Assembly (NCBI GenBank): GCA_965207695.1
Contig: CBDBNA010000010.1
Coordinates: 31,764 to 95,763 of the forward strand
Reading direction: 5' to 3'
Length of the DNA stretch: 64,000 bases
Source: Dehalococcoidia bacterium
Lineage (GTDB): Bacteria; Chloroflexota; Dehalococcoidia; Bin125
The notes below the pieces were generated by a model. The model searched no databases and was not told where the DNA came from. It saw only the letters and a program-made list of their open reading frames with translations. The position numbers were made by a program, and so were the translations under genes. Numbering within the stretch: position 1 is the first letter of the stretch; the number at the start of each line of letters is the position of its first letter. Shown one piece after another: positions 28,684 to 37,541 of this stretch.

Positions 28684-31245
28684 ATGACGAAGCTATGGAC
28701 GCGCGCGCTCGTCTCGCTGGCCCTGCTCGGGGCGCTGGCCGCGTTCGCGACCCCCGGGCGGGCGCAATCCCCCGTCGACATCCCCGGCGCGACCGCCGTC
28801 GTCGAGGGGGTCTTTCCCGGCGATGGGCTGGGCCCGCTCGCCAGCGCCGACTTCGACGGCGACGGCGCCGACGACCTCCTGCTCGGCGCGCCCGGCGCGG
28901 GCGGCGGCGTCCTCTACGGGCTGCGCGGCCCGGTCTTCGCCGGCGATACGCCCCTCGGCCTGCGCGATGCGCCCGTGCTCGACCGCGGCGCGGAGGGGCA
29001 GGGCTTCGGCGCCGCGATCGCCGCCGGCGACATCGACGGGGACGGCATCGCCGACGCCCTGATCTGGAGCGCCACGGGCCCGCGCCGGATCCAGGTGCGG
29101 TTCGGCGGCCCCGGCTTCTTCGAGCCGTCCGGCGGCGGCGCCACGGCGCCACCCCACATCGTCCTCACCCCCCCGGAGCCGGTGCGCGCGCTGAGCGTCG
29201 CGGACCTGGACGGCGACGGCCACAACGACCTGATCACCGGCTCGCCCGACGACGCGGACGGCGGCGTCCGCTTCGGCCCCGCGTTCAACGGGATCGCCAT
29301 CCGCTTCGGCCCGTTCACGCCGCACACGCCGGGATCGCCGCTGCTGCGCCCCGCGCGGCGGGTCGAACTGCGCGTCGAGGGGGCGACGCGCGTGGGCCAC
29401 GCCATCCTGGCGGCCGACCTCACCGGCGACGGCGCCCCCGACCTCCTCCTCTCCGCCCTCGACGACGACGACGATCCGGTGCTGTTCGCCGTCGCCGGGC
29501 CGTTCGCGCGCGAGGATCGCACGCTGGACCTCGGCGACGAGGAGGACGTCCGCTTCACCGTCACCGACGTGGATTTCGCTCACGCCATCGCCTTCGGCGA
29601 CGCCGACCTCGACGACGCGCCCGACATCCTGGTGGGCTTCGAGGGCAACCGGCGGGTCTCGATCATCAGCGGCTTCGCGATCCCGCCCGCCGGCCCGACG
29701 CCGCTGCGCCGCATCGACCACGAGCGCCTCACCGGCCCGGCCGAGGTCGGGTTCGGGGCGCAGCTCGCCATCGCCGACCTCGACGGGGACGGGCTGGCCG
29801 ACGTCGTCGCCGGGGCGCCCCAGGGCAGCCCGCGCGGGGCGGTCGCCTTCCTCGCCGGGGCGGACCGCGACCCGGTGATCGGCGCCGTCGTGCCGAGCCA
29901 CGCGCCGCCGGGGTCGACGCTGCGCATCCGCGGGCACGGGCTGGCCGGCGCGATCGTGTTGTTCCGCGACGCGGAGGGCGAGTTCCTGATTCCGACCCGG
30001 CTGAGCTCGCGCCCCGGCGAAGTCCGTCTGCTCGCGCCGCGGCCCGACTCCGACGAGCCGTTCCTCCTGGACGTGATCGTGCGTCGCGACGAGGGCCGGA
30101 CCGAGCGCAAGGCGGCCTTCACGCTGCTGCCGCGCAGCGAGACCGTCGAGCTGCCGCCGGGCTGGAGCCTGCAAGGGTGGACGTCCGACTCGGCCATCGC
30201 CGCCGCGAGTTCCACCGAGGGCCATCCGATCGCGGCCATCTTCGCCTGGGACGCGCCCGCGGGGAGCTACTTCGCGTACGCGCCGGACCGGCCGACTCCG
30301 GCCGGGGAGGACTCCCGCATCCGCCTCGGGCAGGGACTCTGGCTGCTGGTGGACGACCTCACCGGCGCCCGCTGGCTGCGGCCGAGCTTCGCCGCCGCGC
30401 GCGTGCAGGAGCTCGTGGCCGGATGGAACCTGGTGATGTGGAGCGGCCCCAGCGGCACCCCGATCGCCGAGGCGGTGCACCCCATCGCGGAGGCGCTGCG
30501 GGGCCTGTACACCTGGGACGCGGACGCGCAGGACTACCGCACCTACGCCCCGGGCCGGCCGGCGCCGCCCGACGCGCCCCGCACGCTCGACTACGGCGAC
30601 GCGGTCTGGCTCCGGCTCGATGCACCCGCCGCCTGGCCGCAGCCCGCGGTGAGCGCGCCGCCCGTCGCGCGCAGCGTCGCCGAGGCGCGGGCCGCGACGG
30701 TGTTCCTCAAGCAGGGCACGCGCGAGTCGACCGGCTTCCTGATCGGCGAGAACCGCATCATGACGGCCGCGCACGGCGTCCAGAACGACCGCACGGTGCG
30801 CGTGATCTTCCCCGGCGGCGAGGAGCGGACCGCCCTCGTGGTCGCCGCCGACGGCCCGATGGACATCGCCGTGCTGGAGGTCGCGGGCGTCCCCGACGGC
30901 GTCACCCGGCTCGACTGGGAGACGGCCGCCAGCCCCGAGCCGATGACCGACGTCTGGTCCTGGGGCTTCCCGCTGGGCGACGTCTTCGGCGCCGAGACGA
31001 GCGTCAGCGTGGCGGGCGGGCTCGTCGCCGCCCACCAGCGCAACTTCCGCGACTTCCCCGTGCTGCAGACCGACGTCTCGGTCGTGACCGGCAGCAGCGG
31101 CTCCCCGCTCGTCACCGCCGACGGCCGCGTCGTCGGCGTGATCATCTCGTTCATCACGTCGGGCGGCGACGACGTGGAGGGGCTCAACCTCGCCGTCGAC
31201 ATCGCGGCGAACCGCGACCGCATCCGCGCGATGGTGGAGCGCTAG
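28684..31245 (+). CDS. secreted FG-GAP repeat protein with C-terminal trypsin-like serine protease domain
   Basis: Signal peptide MTKLWTRALVSLALLGALAAFATPGRAQ. Six DxDGDGxxD-type FG-GAP repeats. C-terminal S1 triad context TAAHGV / DIAVLEV / GSSGSPLV. Confidence 0.85.
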   Translation: MTKLWTRALVSLALLGALAAFATPGRAQSPVDIPGATAVVEGVFPGDGLGPLASADFDGDGADDLLLGAPGAGGGVLYGLRGPVFAGDTPLGLRDAPVLDRGAEGQGFGAAIAAGDIDGDGIADALIWSATGPRRIQVRFGGPGFFEPSGGGATAPPHIVLTPPEPVRALSVADLDGDGHNDLITGSPDDADGGVRFGPAFNGIAIRFGPFTPHTPGSPLLRPARRVELRVEGATRVGHAILAADLTGDGAPDLLLSALDDDDDPVLFAVAGPFAREDRTLDLGDEEDVRFTVTDVDFAHAIAFGDADLDDAPDILVGFEGNRRVSIISGFAIPPAGPTPLRRIDHERLTGPAEVGFGAQLAIADLDGDGLADVVAGAPQGSPRGAVAFLAGADRDPVIGAVVPSHAPPGSTLRIRGHGLAGAIVLFRDAEGEFLIPTRLSSRPGEVRLLAPRPDSDEPFLLDVIVRRDEGRTERKAAFTLLPRSETVELPPGWSLQGWTSDSAIAAASSTEGHPIAAIFAWDAPAGSYFAYAPDRPTPAGEDSRIRLGQGLWLLVDDLTGARWLRPSFAAARVQELVAGWNLVMWSGPSGTPIAEAVHPIAEALRGLYTWDADAQDYRTYAPGRPAPPDAPRTLDYGDAVWLRLDAPAAWPQPAVSAPPVARSVAEARAATVFLKQGTRESTGFLIGENRIMTAAHGVQNDRTVRVIFPGGEERTALVVAADGPMDIAVLEVAGVPDGVTRLDWETAASPEPMTDVWSWGFPLGDVFGAETSVSVAGGLVAAHQRNFRDFPVLQTDVSVVTGSSGSPLVTADGRVVGVIISFITSGGDDVEGLNLAVDIAANRDRIRAMVER

Positions 31246-31303
31246 CCCCCGGTCGGGGCGGACGGAGCGCCGCCGTCGGCGCGACTCTCACGTTAAGCGA
31301 GTC

Positions 31304-31849
31304 CTAGAGCCGCTCGGCAGTCCGTCGAGTCTCTGCTTCAAAGTCAAGGCCCAGGTAGGGCTGTGAGCGACGGGGTCGACGCTCGGCTGCCCGCATCAGT
31401 TCCCTCACGTCTGCTTCCCACCCTCGTCGGCCCGGGCGCACATGAATGTGGCGGACATTGCCCCACTCGGTCATCGCCACATGGCCGCGGTGCGTAACGA
31501 AAGTCGTCAGGCACCCCGAGCCATAAAGGAGTTCGGCTCTGTCTGGCCAAACGTCCATCGCGATCCGAGCGGCCTCCTGCTCGGCCAAGTGTGAGGCCAC
31601 TCGTTCGATGACCGCCTTCTTGATCGGTGAAAGCTCGTCACTGGCGCCCTGCGAGTTGGCCGAGAGAGACTCGACTGCAGCTTTGAGTGCCGAAAGGCGC
31701 GCGTCCAGAACGTCCGCCTTTGCGTCGATCGCACGATCGGTCTCTGCAATCCCGTCGTCATCAAGCACGACCTTCGGCCGACGCAATCCCAGCGATAGGA
31801 GAGCCGCAGCAGCGACCACGACGGTTACCGCGATCCACAAGACTTCCAC
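31304..31849 (-). CDS. hypothetical membrane-anchored coiled-coil protein (island gene C)
   Basis: GTG 31849 lies 1 nt after the upstream TGA. N-terminal helix VLWIAVTVVVAAAALLSLGL, then a charged helical segment and a ~90-aa tail. No family recognised. Lower GC. Confidence 0.55.
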   Translation of the reverse strand: MEVLWIAVTVVVAAAALLSLGLRRPKVVLDDDGIAETDRAIDAKADVLDARLSALKAAVESLSANSQGASDELSPIKKAVIERVASHLAEQEAARIAMDVWPDRAELLYGSGCLTTFVTHRGHVAMTEWGNVRHIHVRPGRRGWEADVRELMRAAERRPRRSQPYLGLDFEAETRRTAERL

Positions 31850-31850
31850 A

Positions 31851-32114
31851 TCAGGCCTCTTGTCTTGGTGACTCGCTCAGGTTCTTGACCACCTGTTGGA
31901 GTTCGTCGATTTGGTCGAGAAGTCTATCGTACCTTCTGTCGAGCGAACGGCGCTGTTCCTTCAACTCAGCGATCAACGCGAGGTTAGCTCGCTCGGTCGG
32001 GTTTCCCCGGTGGCGCAAGATCCGGTCGAGGATGATCCACGACACGGCGAAGAACCCCAGGACGCCGCCAGCATCGCTGAAGCCGAATCTCCCCGTCTCG
32101 GCTAGAACTTCCAC
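31851..32114 (-). CDS. hypothetical small membrane/coiled-coil protein (island gene B)
   Basis: GTG 32114 shares 1 nt with the upstream TAG. GGVLGFFAVSWIILDRIL helix, then heptad-like ELKEQRRSLDRRYDRLLDQIDELQQVVKNL. No family recognised. Confidence 0.5.
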   Translation of the reverse strand: MEVLAETGRFGFSDAGGVLGFFAVSWIILDRILRHRGNPTERANLALIAELKEQRRSLDRRYDRLLDQIDELQQVVKNLSESPRQEA

Positions 32115-32767
32115 TACTCGATCCAGCGTTCAGAGTTGAAGGCAGCGCGAAGGAGCTCAAGTTCCTCGCGCGCGCGCCCAATGACGTCGGCAATCGCCTG
32201 AAGCTCCTGAGAGTTGAACTCGAGGGTAAGAGAATCAGGGCTCCCATCATCAGTGACATAGTCGATCTGAAGCTGTCCCATCGCGTGCTGGGCAACAACG
32301 GTGTCCGCGCTTGTAATCACAGGTCGAACGTTCCACTGGATGCGCATGTCCATGAACCCGGCGCCGATCGCACTCTTCGCAGTCTCCTCAGCGATCGCGA
32401 CCTCATCTGCCTCCGTCGGACTGAAGAACTCGAGAAGCGCGGCGATTCGAGAATCGAGTGCCTCTGAGTCGACGTTGAGCCGCTCCGCATGCTCGCGAAG
32501 TTCACCCACGACTTCTTCGTCAGTGACTCGCCTGGCCAACCGCCGGAGGAAGAGGAACGATGCGACAGTTGCAGCGTCCGACACTTCGTCAACCGTGACG
32601 CCGGATGATTCCGCGAGGTCTTCCCACTCAGACTCGGGAACACTCCGAAGCTCCGACCGGTTGCGTGCTGTGAATGCCGCGAGAACATCCGGTGGCGCTT
32701 CAAGAAAGCACTTCAGGTCATCTAGGAACGGGCGATTGCTGCCAAGTCGCGGACCAACTAGGGACAT
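32114..32767 (-). CDS. hypothetical acidic soluble protein (island gene A)
   Basis: Track ORF 32114..32821 (GTG) trimmed to ATG 32767, 10 nt after GGGAGA. 217 aa. No family recognised. Lower GC. Confidence 0.55.
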   Translation of the reverse strand: MSLVGPRLGSNRPFLDDLKCFLEAPPDVLAAFTARNRSELRSVPESEWEDLAESSGVTVDEVSDAATVASFLFLRRLARRVTDEEVVGELREHAERLNVDSEALDSRIAALLEFFSPTEADEVAIAEETAKSAIGAGFMDMRIQWNVRPVITSADTVVAQHAMGQLQIDYVTDDGSPDSLTLEFNSQELQAIADVIGRAREELELLRAAFNSERWIE

Positions 32768-32847
32768 CTTCGGAGTCTCCCGTGCGCTGACTGGTGCTCC
32801 TGGATTCCGCCGCGCAACCACAAGCGCGAGACTTGAGGCATGGTATC

Positions 32848-33501
32848 TTACACCAGCCCGGCCAGGGCGCGGCAGATCGACCGCATCAGTTCCACCTCGG
32901 CCGCGGCGATCTCCTCCCGGCCGCCGAAGAAGACCGACGCCCGCAGCAGCGACGCCTCGCCGTCGCCGCCGAACACGGCCGTCGCGACCTCGAGCACCAG
33001 CGTCTTCGGATCCTGCAGCAGCTCCAGGATGGGGTCGCGCAGCAGCCGCATCGCGTTGAGCGCGTCCGCCGCCGCGACGGCCTGCGGCGCGGCGACGTCC
33101 GACTCGTCCATCGTCGCTTGCCAGTGGAAGGCGTGGGCGCGCCCCAGCCCGCCGAATTCGCGCTGCGCGACGACCTTGCCCGGCAGCCCCCAGCCCGCCG
33201 CGATCGACCCCGGCCGCCCCTCGCGCCGCACGAGGAAGTGGAAGCCCACCGCCGCCGAGCGCACGAAGTGGCCGTCGCCGCCGCCCTCCGAGGTGACGCG
33301 CACGAAGTCGGGCGGGCCACCCTCGCCGACCCGCACGAGGCCGCGGTCGGCGACGTGGGCCCGCAGCCCGGCGGCCCGCTCGGGCGCGTCCCCGGCGACG
33401 ACTTCCGCCGCCAGACCGGCCCCGGCCAGCGGCGCGAGCAGCCCCTCGGCCAGCGAGGACCGCGCCGGGGCCGCGCGCTGGAAGAGCCGGCGCAGGATCA
33501 T
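32848..33501 (-). CDS. hypothetical protein downstream of serS
   Basis: ATG 33501, 25 nt after the serS stop. High-GC3 codon usage like its neighbours. 217 aa. No family recognised. Confidence 0.6.
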   Translation of the reverse strand: MILRRLFQRAAPARSSLAEGLLAPLAGAGLAAEVVAGDAPERAAGLRAHVADRGLVRVGEGGPPDFVRVTSEGGGDGHFVRSAAVGFHFLVRREGRPGSIAAGWGLPGKVVAQREFGGLGRAHAFHWQATMDESDVAAPQAVAAADALNAMRLLRDPILELLQDPKTLVLEVATAVFGGDGEASLLRASVFFGGREEIAAAEVELMRSICRALAGLV

Positions 33502-33526
33502 CGTGGCCCCGTCCTTCGCGGCGGCG

Positions 33527-34813
33527 CTATTCGCCCGCGTCCGCCGGCGGCGTGATCTGCATCAGCCGCCCCATCCGGTGCTGCAGCACGTCGGGCACGT
33601 TCACGCCGCCGTCCTCGCGCTGGTACGTCTCCAGGATCGCCGCCAGCACGCGCGTCATGCCGAAGCTGCTGCCGTTCAGCGTGTGCACGAACGACGTCGC
33701 CGACCCGCCCTCGGGCCGGAAGCGGGTGTTGGCCCGCCGGGCCTGGAAGTCGAGGCAGTCGCTGATGCTGCTCACCTCCAGCCACTCGGCCGCGCCCGGC
33801 GCCCACACCTCGAGGTCGTACGAGATCGCCGCGCCGAAGCCGAGGTCGCCGCTGCAGAGCTGCAGCACGCGGTAGGTCAGGCCCAGGTCGCGCAGCAGGC
33901 CCTCGGCGTGCGCGACCATCTCCTCCAGCGCCGCCGCCGACCCCTCGGGCGTCGTGAACTGGTACATCTCCACCTTCTCGAACTGGTGCACCCGCTTGAT
34001 GCCGCGCACGTCGCGGCCGGCGCTCATCTTCTCGCGGCGGAAGCAGGGCGTATGCGCCGTGTAGCGCAGCGGCAGCGACGCCGCGTCGAGGATCTCGTCG
34101 CGGTGCAGGCTGGTCAGCGGCACCTCCGCCGTGGGGACCATGTAGTAGTCCTCCTCGGCGTCGCGGTACAGGTTGTCGTGGAACTTCGGCAGCTGCCCCG
34201 AGGCGAACATCGCCTCCTCGCGCACCATGTTGGGCAGGTACCAGGGCTCGTAGCCCGCCTCCTCGTTCTGTTCGAGGAGGTGGTTGATCAGCGCCCGCTG
34301 CAGGCGCGCCCCCTGGCCGCGCAGGGCGTACATCCGCGTGCCCGCCATCGCCGCCGCGCGGTCGATCTCCAGGATGCCCAGCGCCGCGCCGACCTCCCAG
34401 TGCGGCCTGGGCTCGAAGCCGAAGGCGCGCGGCAGCCCCACCGTGCGCAGCACCGGGTTGTCGGCCTCGCCGGCCCCGACGGGCGTGTCGGGGTGCAGCC
34501 GGTTGGGGAACTGGGCCAGCAGGTCGTGCAGCGCGGCGTCGACTTCGCGGCGGCGCGCGTCCAGCGCGTCGATGCGCCCCGCCCCGGCGCGCTGGGCCGC
34601 GATCAGCGCCTCGCGCGCGGCCGCGTCGGGCGCCCGGCCGATCGCCTTGCCGGCCCGGTTGCGCTCCGCCCGCAGCTGCTCGACCTCCGTCAGGATCGAG
34701 CGCCGCTCGCGGTCGAGCGCGAGCACCTCGTCGACCGGCGCCGCCGCGCCGCGCCGCGCCAGCATCTCCCGCACCTCGTCGGGCGCCTCGCGGATCCACT
34801 GCAGCGAGAGCAC
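33527..34813 (-). CDS. serS: seryl-tRNA synthetase
   Basis: N-terminal coiled-coil arm plus class II core (TAEVPLT, HTPCFRRE). GTG 34813 after GAGGGGAGG. Confidence 0.95.
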   Translation of the reverse strand: MLSLQWIREAPDEVREMLARRGAAAPVDEVLALDRERRSILTEVEQLRAERNRAGKAIGRAPDAAAREALIAAQRAGAGRIDALDARRREVDAALHDLLAQFPNRLHPDTPVGAGEADNPVLRTVGLPRAFGFEPRPHWEVGAALGILEIDRAAAMAGTRMYALRGQGARLQRALINHLLEQNEEAGYEPWYLPNMVREEAMFASGQLPKFHDNLYRDAEEDYYMVPTAEVPLTSLHRDEILDAASLPLRYTAHTPCFRREKMSAGRDVRGIKRVHQFEKVEMYQFTTPEGSAAALEEMVAHAEGLLRDLGLTYRVLQLCSGDLGFGAAISYDLEVWAPGAAEWLEVSSISDCLDFQARRANTRFRPEGGSATSFVHTLNGSSFGMTRVLAAILETYQREDGGVNVPDVLQHRMGRLMQITPPADAGE

Positions 34814-34825
34814 GTCGACCTCCCC

Positions 34826-35301
34826 TCAGCCGTCCTGCGCGCGCGCGATCGCGGCGAGGCCGAGCACCCGTACATCTTCGGCGATCTCGACGGCTCGGTC
34901 ATCGGGCGGCGCCGGCAGCGGCCGGTTCTCCCGCAAGTCCCGCGCCGTGACCCAGACCCAGCCGTCGCGGACGGGCTGATCGGGCGGCCGCGGGCGCGTG
35001 AAGTAGATGCAGTCGATGTGCTGGTGCGGCCCGTCGATCGGGTGGCCGGGGATGTCCTCGACCATGATCGTGACCGGCGGCGGCAGCTGGGGCGGCTCCG
35101 CGTAGTCGAAGCGCGCCCGCGACGGCAGCAGCGCGACCGTCAGGCCCGTCTCCTCCAGCACCTCGCGGTGGACCGCCTCGACCGGATCCTCGTCCGCCTC
35201 GACGTGCCCGCCCGGCGGCAGCCACATGCCGTTGCCCGCGTGCCAGTGCAGCAGCGTCGCGCCGTCGCGCGAGACGAAGGCCGAGACCGTGAAGTGGCGG
35301 A

Positions 35302-35305
<4 letters not shown>
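34826..35305 (-). CDS. NUDIX hydrolase
   Basis: Nudix box [26 protein letters not shown] 35305 overlaps the upstream stop (ATGA). Confidence 0.85.
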
Positions 35306-36417
<1,112 letters not shown>

Positions 36418-36420
36418 CCC

Positions 36421-36450
36421 TTGACGAACGGATGTGCTAACCGCTATTGT
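36421..36450 (+). promoter_or_regulatory. sigma70-like promoter TTGACG-18 nt-TATTGT
   Basis: Hexamers read directly. The same architecture and downstream box recur at 44808-44836. Confidence 0.5.
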
Positions 36451-36456
36451 CCAGTC

Positions 36457-36665
36457 ATGGCACGCATATCGCGTGTCACAGCAACCCGCCGTCCCGCCCG
36501 CGCGAGCCGACGGGGCCCATGAAAGATCGTGAAAGATCGTGAAAGATCAGGCAAGTTCGTGCAGCTTCCTGCGCCCCAATGCGCCCCCATGCGCCCCCAT
36601 GCACGCCCGTGACCCCACTTGACCGCCCCTGACCTGCCAGGAACCCCAATGACCATGGGGTTTTC
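36457..36665 (+). ncRNA. candidate structured leader or sRNA (copy 1) with C-rich 10-nt periodic body
   Basis: Promoter upstream. Conserved box 36463-36490. Hairpin AACCCCA/TGGGGTT 36642-36662 followed by TTCC. Paralog at 44843-45012. No known RNA family recognised. Confidence 0.35.
36520..36659 (+). repeat. 14 head-to-tail 10-nt units phased on TG(A/C)
   Basis: TGAAAGATCG TGAAAGATCG TGAAAGATCA GGCAAGTTCG TGCAGCTTCC TGCGCCCCAA TGCGCCCCCA TGCGCCCCCA TGCACGCCCG TGACCCCACT TGACCGCCCC TGACCTGCCA GGAACCCCAA TGACCATGGG. Confidence 0.85.
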
Positions 36666-36716
36666 CTCATCGACCGCTCCTCCCGACGCACGGGAGAAAA
36701 AAATCGAGGCCTACAC

Positions 36717-37517
36717 ATGACCACTCTCACCCCCAACCAAACCCCGAATCCCGACCCGAATCCCGAGCCGCAGCCCACGCCCATCGCCGAGCGCGTGTCC
36801 GCCAACCGCTGGCGCGACTCGGCCCGTATCCGGGAGCGCCTCATGAAGGTCGCCGGCCTGCGCCAGCGCGGCCTCAGCCAGACGGCCATCGCCAACCGGC
36901 TCGGCGTCTCCGAAGCCACCGTCTCGCGCGACCTGCGGCGCCTGCATCTCCTCTGGCGTCAGGAGCACGCCCACCTCGCCAACGCCGAGCGCCTGCGCTC
37001 CCTCGCCAGCCTCCGCGAGGCCGAGCGCTTCTGCTGGCGGCAGATCGATTCCCACTATGCGGACGGCGATCGGGTTCCGGAATTGAGCGGCGTCATCAGC
37101 AACCTCACGGGCGTCGCGCGCGAGATCCGCATGCTCCTCAAGCACGCCCGGCCCCCCCAGCCCCACGACTACTGGGGCTACGAGGACCCCATGACCCCGC
37201 TGCGCATGCGCGAAGCGCTGGAGGAACGCTACCAGCCGCCGGACAAGGTCGTCCTCGGTCTGCTGCCCTACGAGGACGACCCGCCCGAGGACGACCCCGA
37301 GCTGGCCGACGACCCCGAACTGGCCGTGTACCGCAAGATCAACACCGGCCTGGCGGATTTGGAACTCGCGGTCGACGCCGACGTCGCTCCCGAGGCATTG
37401 GAGCGCCGCTTGAAGGAGATGAGCAGCCATGTCGCACTCCTGCGCCAGTTGCAGGGCGGCGACGGCGGCGGCGCGAGCCGCAACGGGGTCTCCGTCGGTT
37501 TCGAAGACGATGAGTAG
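36717..37517 (+). CDS. HTH-domain protein (sigma70 region 4 / terminase-small-subunit-like HTH plus acidic tail)
   Basis: ATG 36717 after GAGG. GLSQTAIANRLGVSEATVSRDLRRL helix-turn-helix. High GC3. Acidic DDPPEDDPELADDPEL tail. 266 aa. Confidence 0.7.
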   Translation: MTTLTPNQTPNPDPNPEPQPTPIAERVSANRWRDSARIRERLMKVAGLRQRGLSQTAIANRLGVSEATVSRDLRRLHLLWRQEHAHLANAERLRSLASLREAERFCWRQIDSHYADGDRVPELSGVISNLTGVAREIRMLLKHARPPQPHDYWGYEDPMTPLRMREALEERYQPPDKVVLGLLPYEDDPPEDDPELADDPELAVYRKINTGLADLELAVDADVAPEALERRLKEMSSHVALLRQLQGGDGGGASRNGVSVGFEDDE

Positions 37518-37541
37518 CGCGGCGGGACGAGCCGCGGCCCC

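Noticed and set aside
36518-36541. Mini-ORF ATG AAA GAT CGT GAA AGA TCG TGA (MKDRERS) created by the TGAAAGATC repeats
   Set aside because: There is no convincing RBS. The paralogous copy at 44.9 kb lacks these three units and any equivalent ORF, so a leader-peptide role is unsupported.
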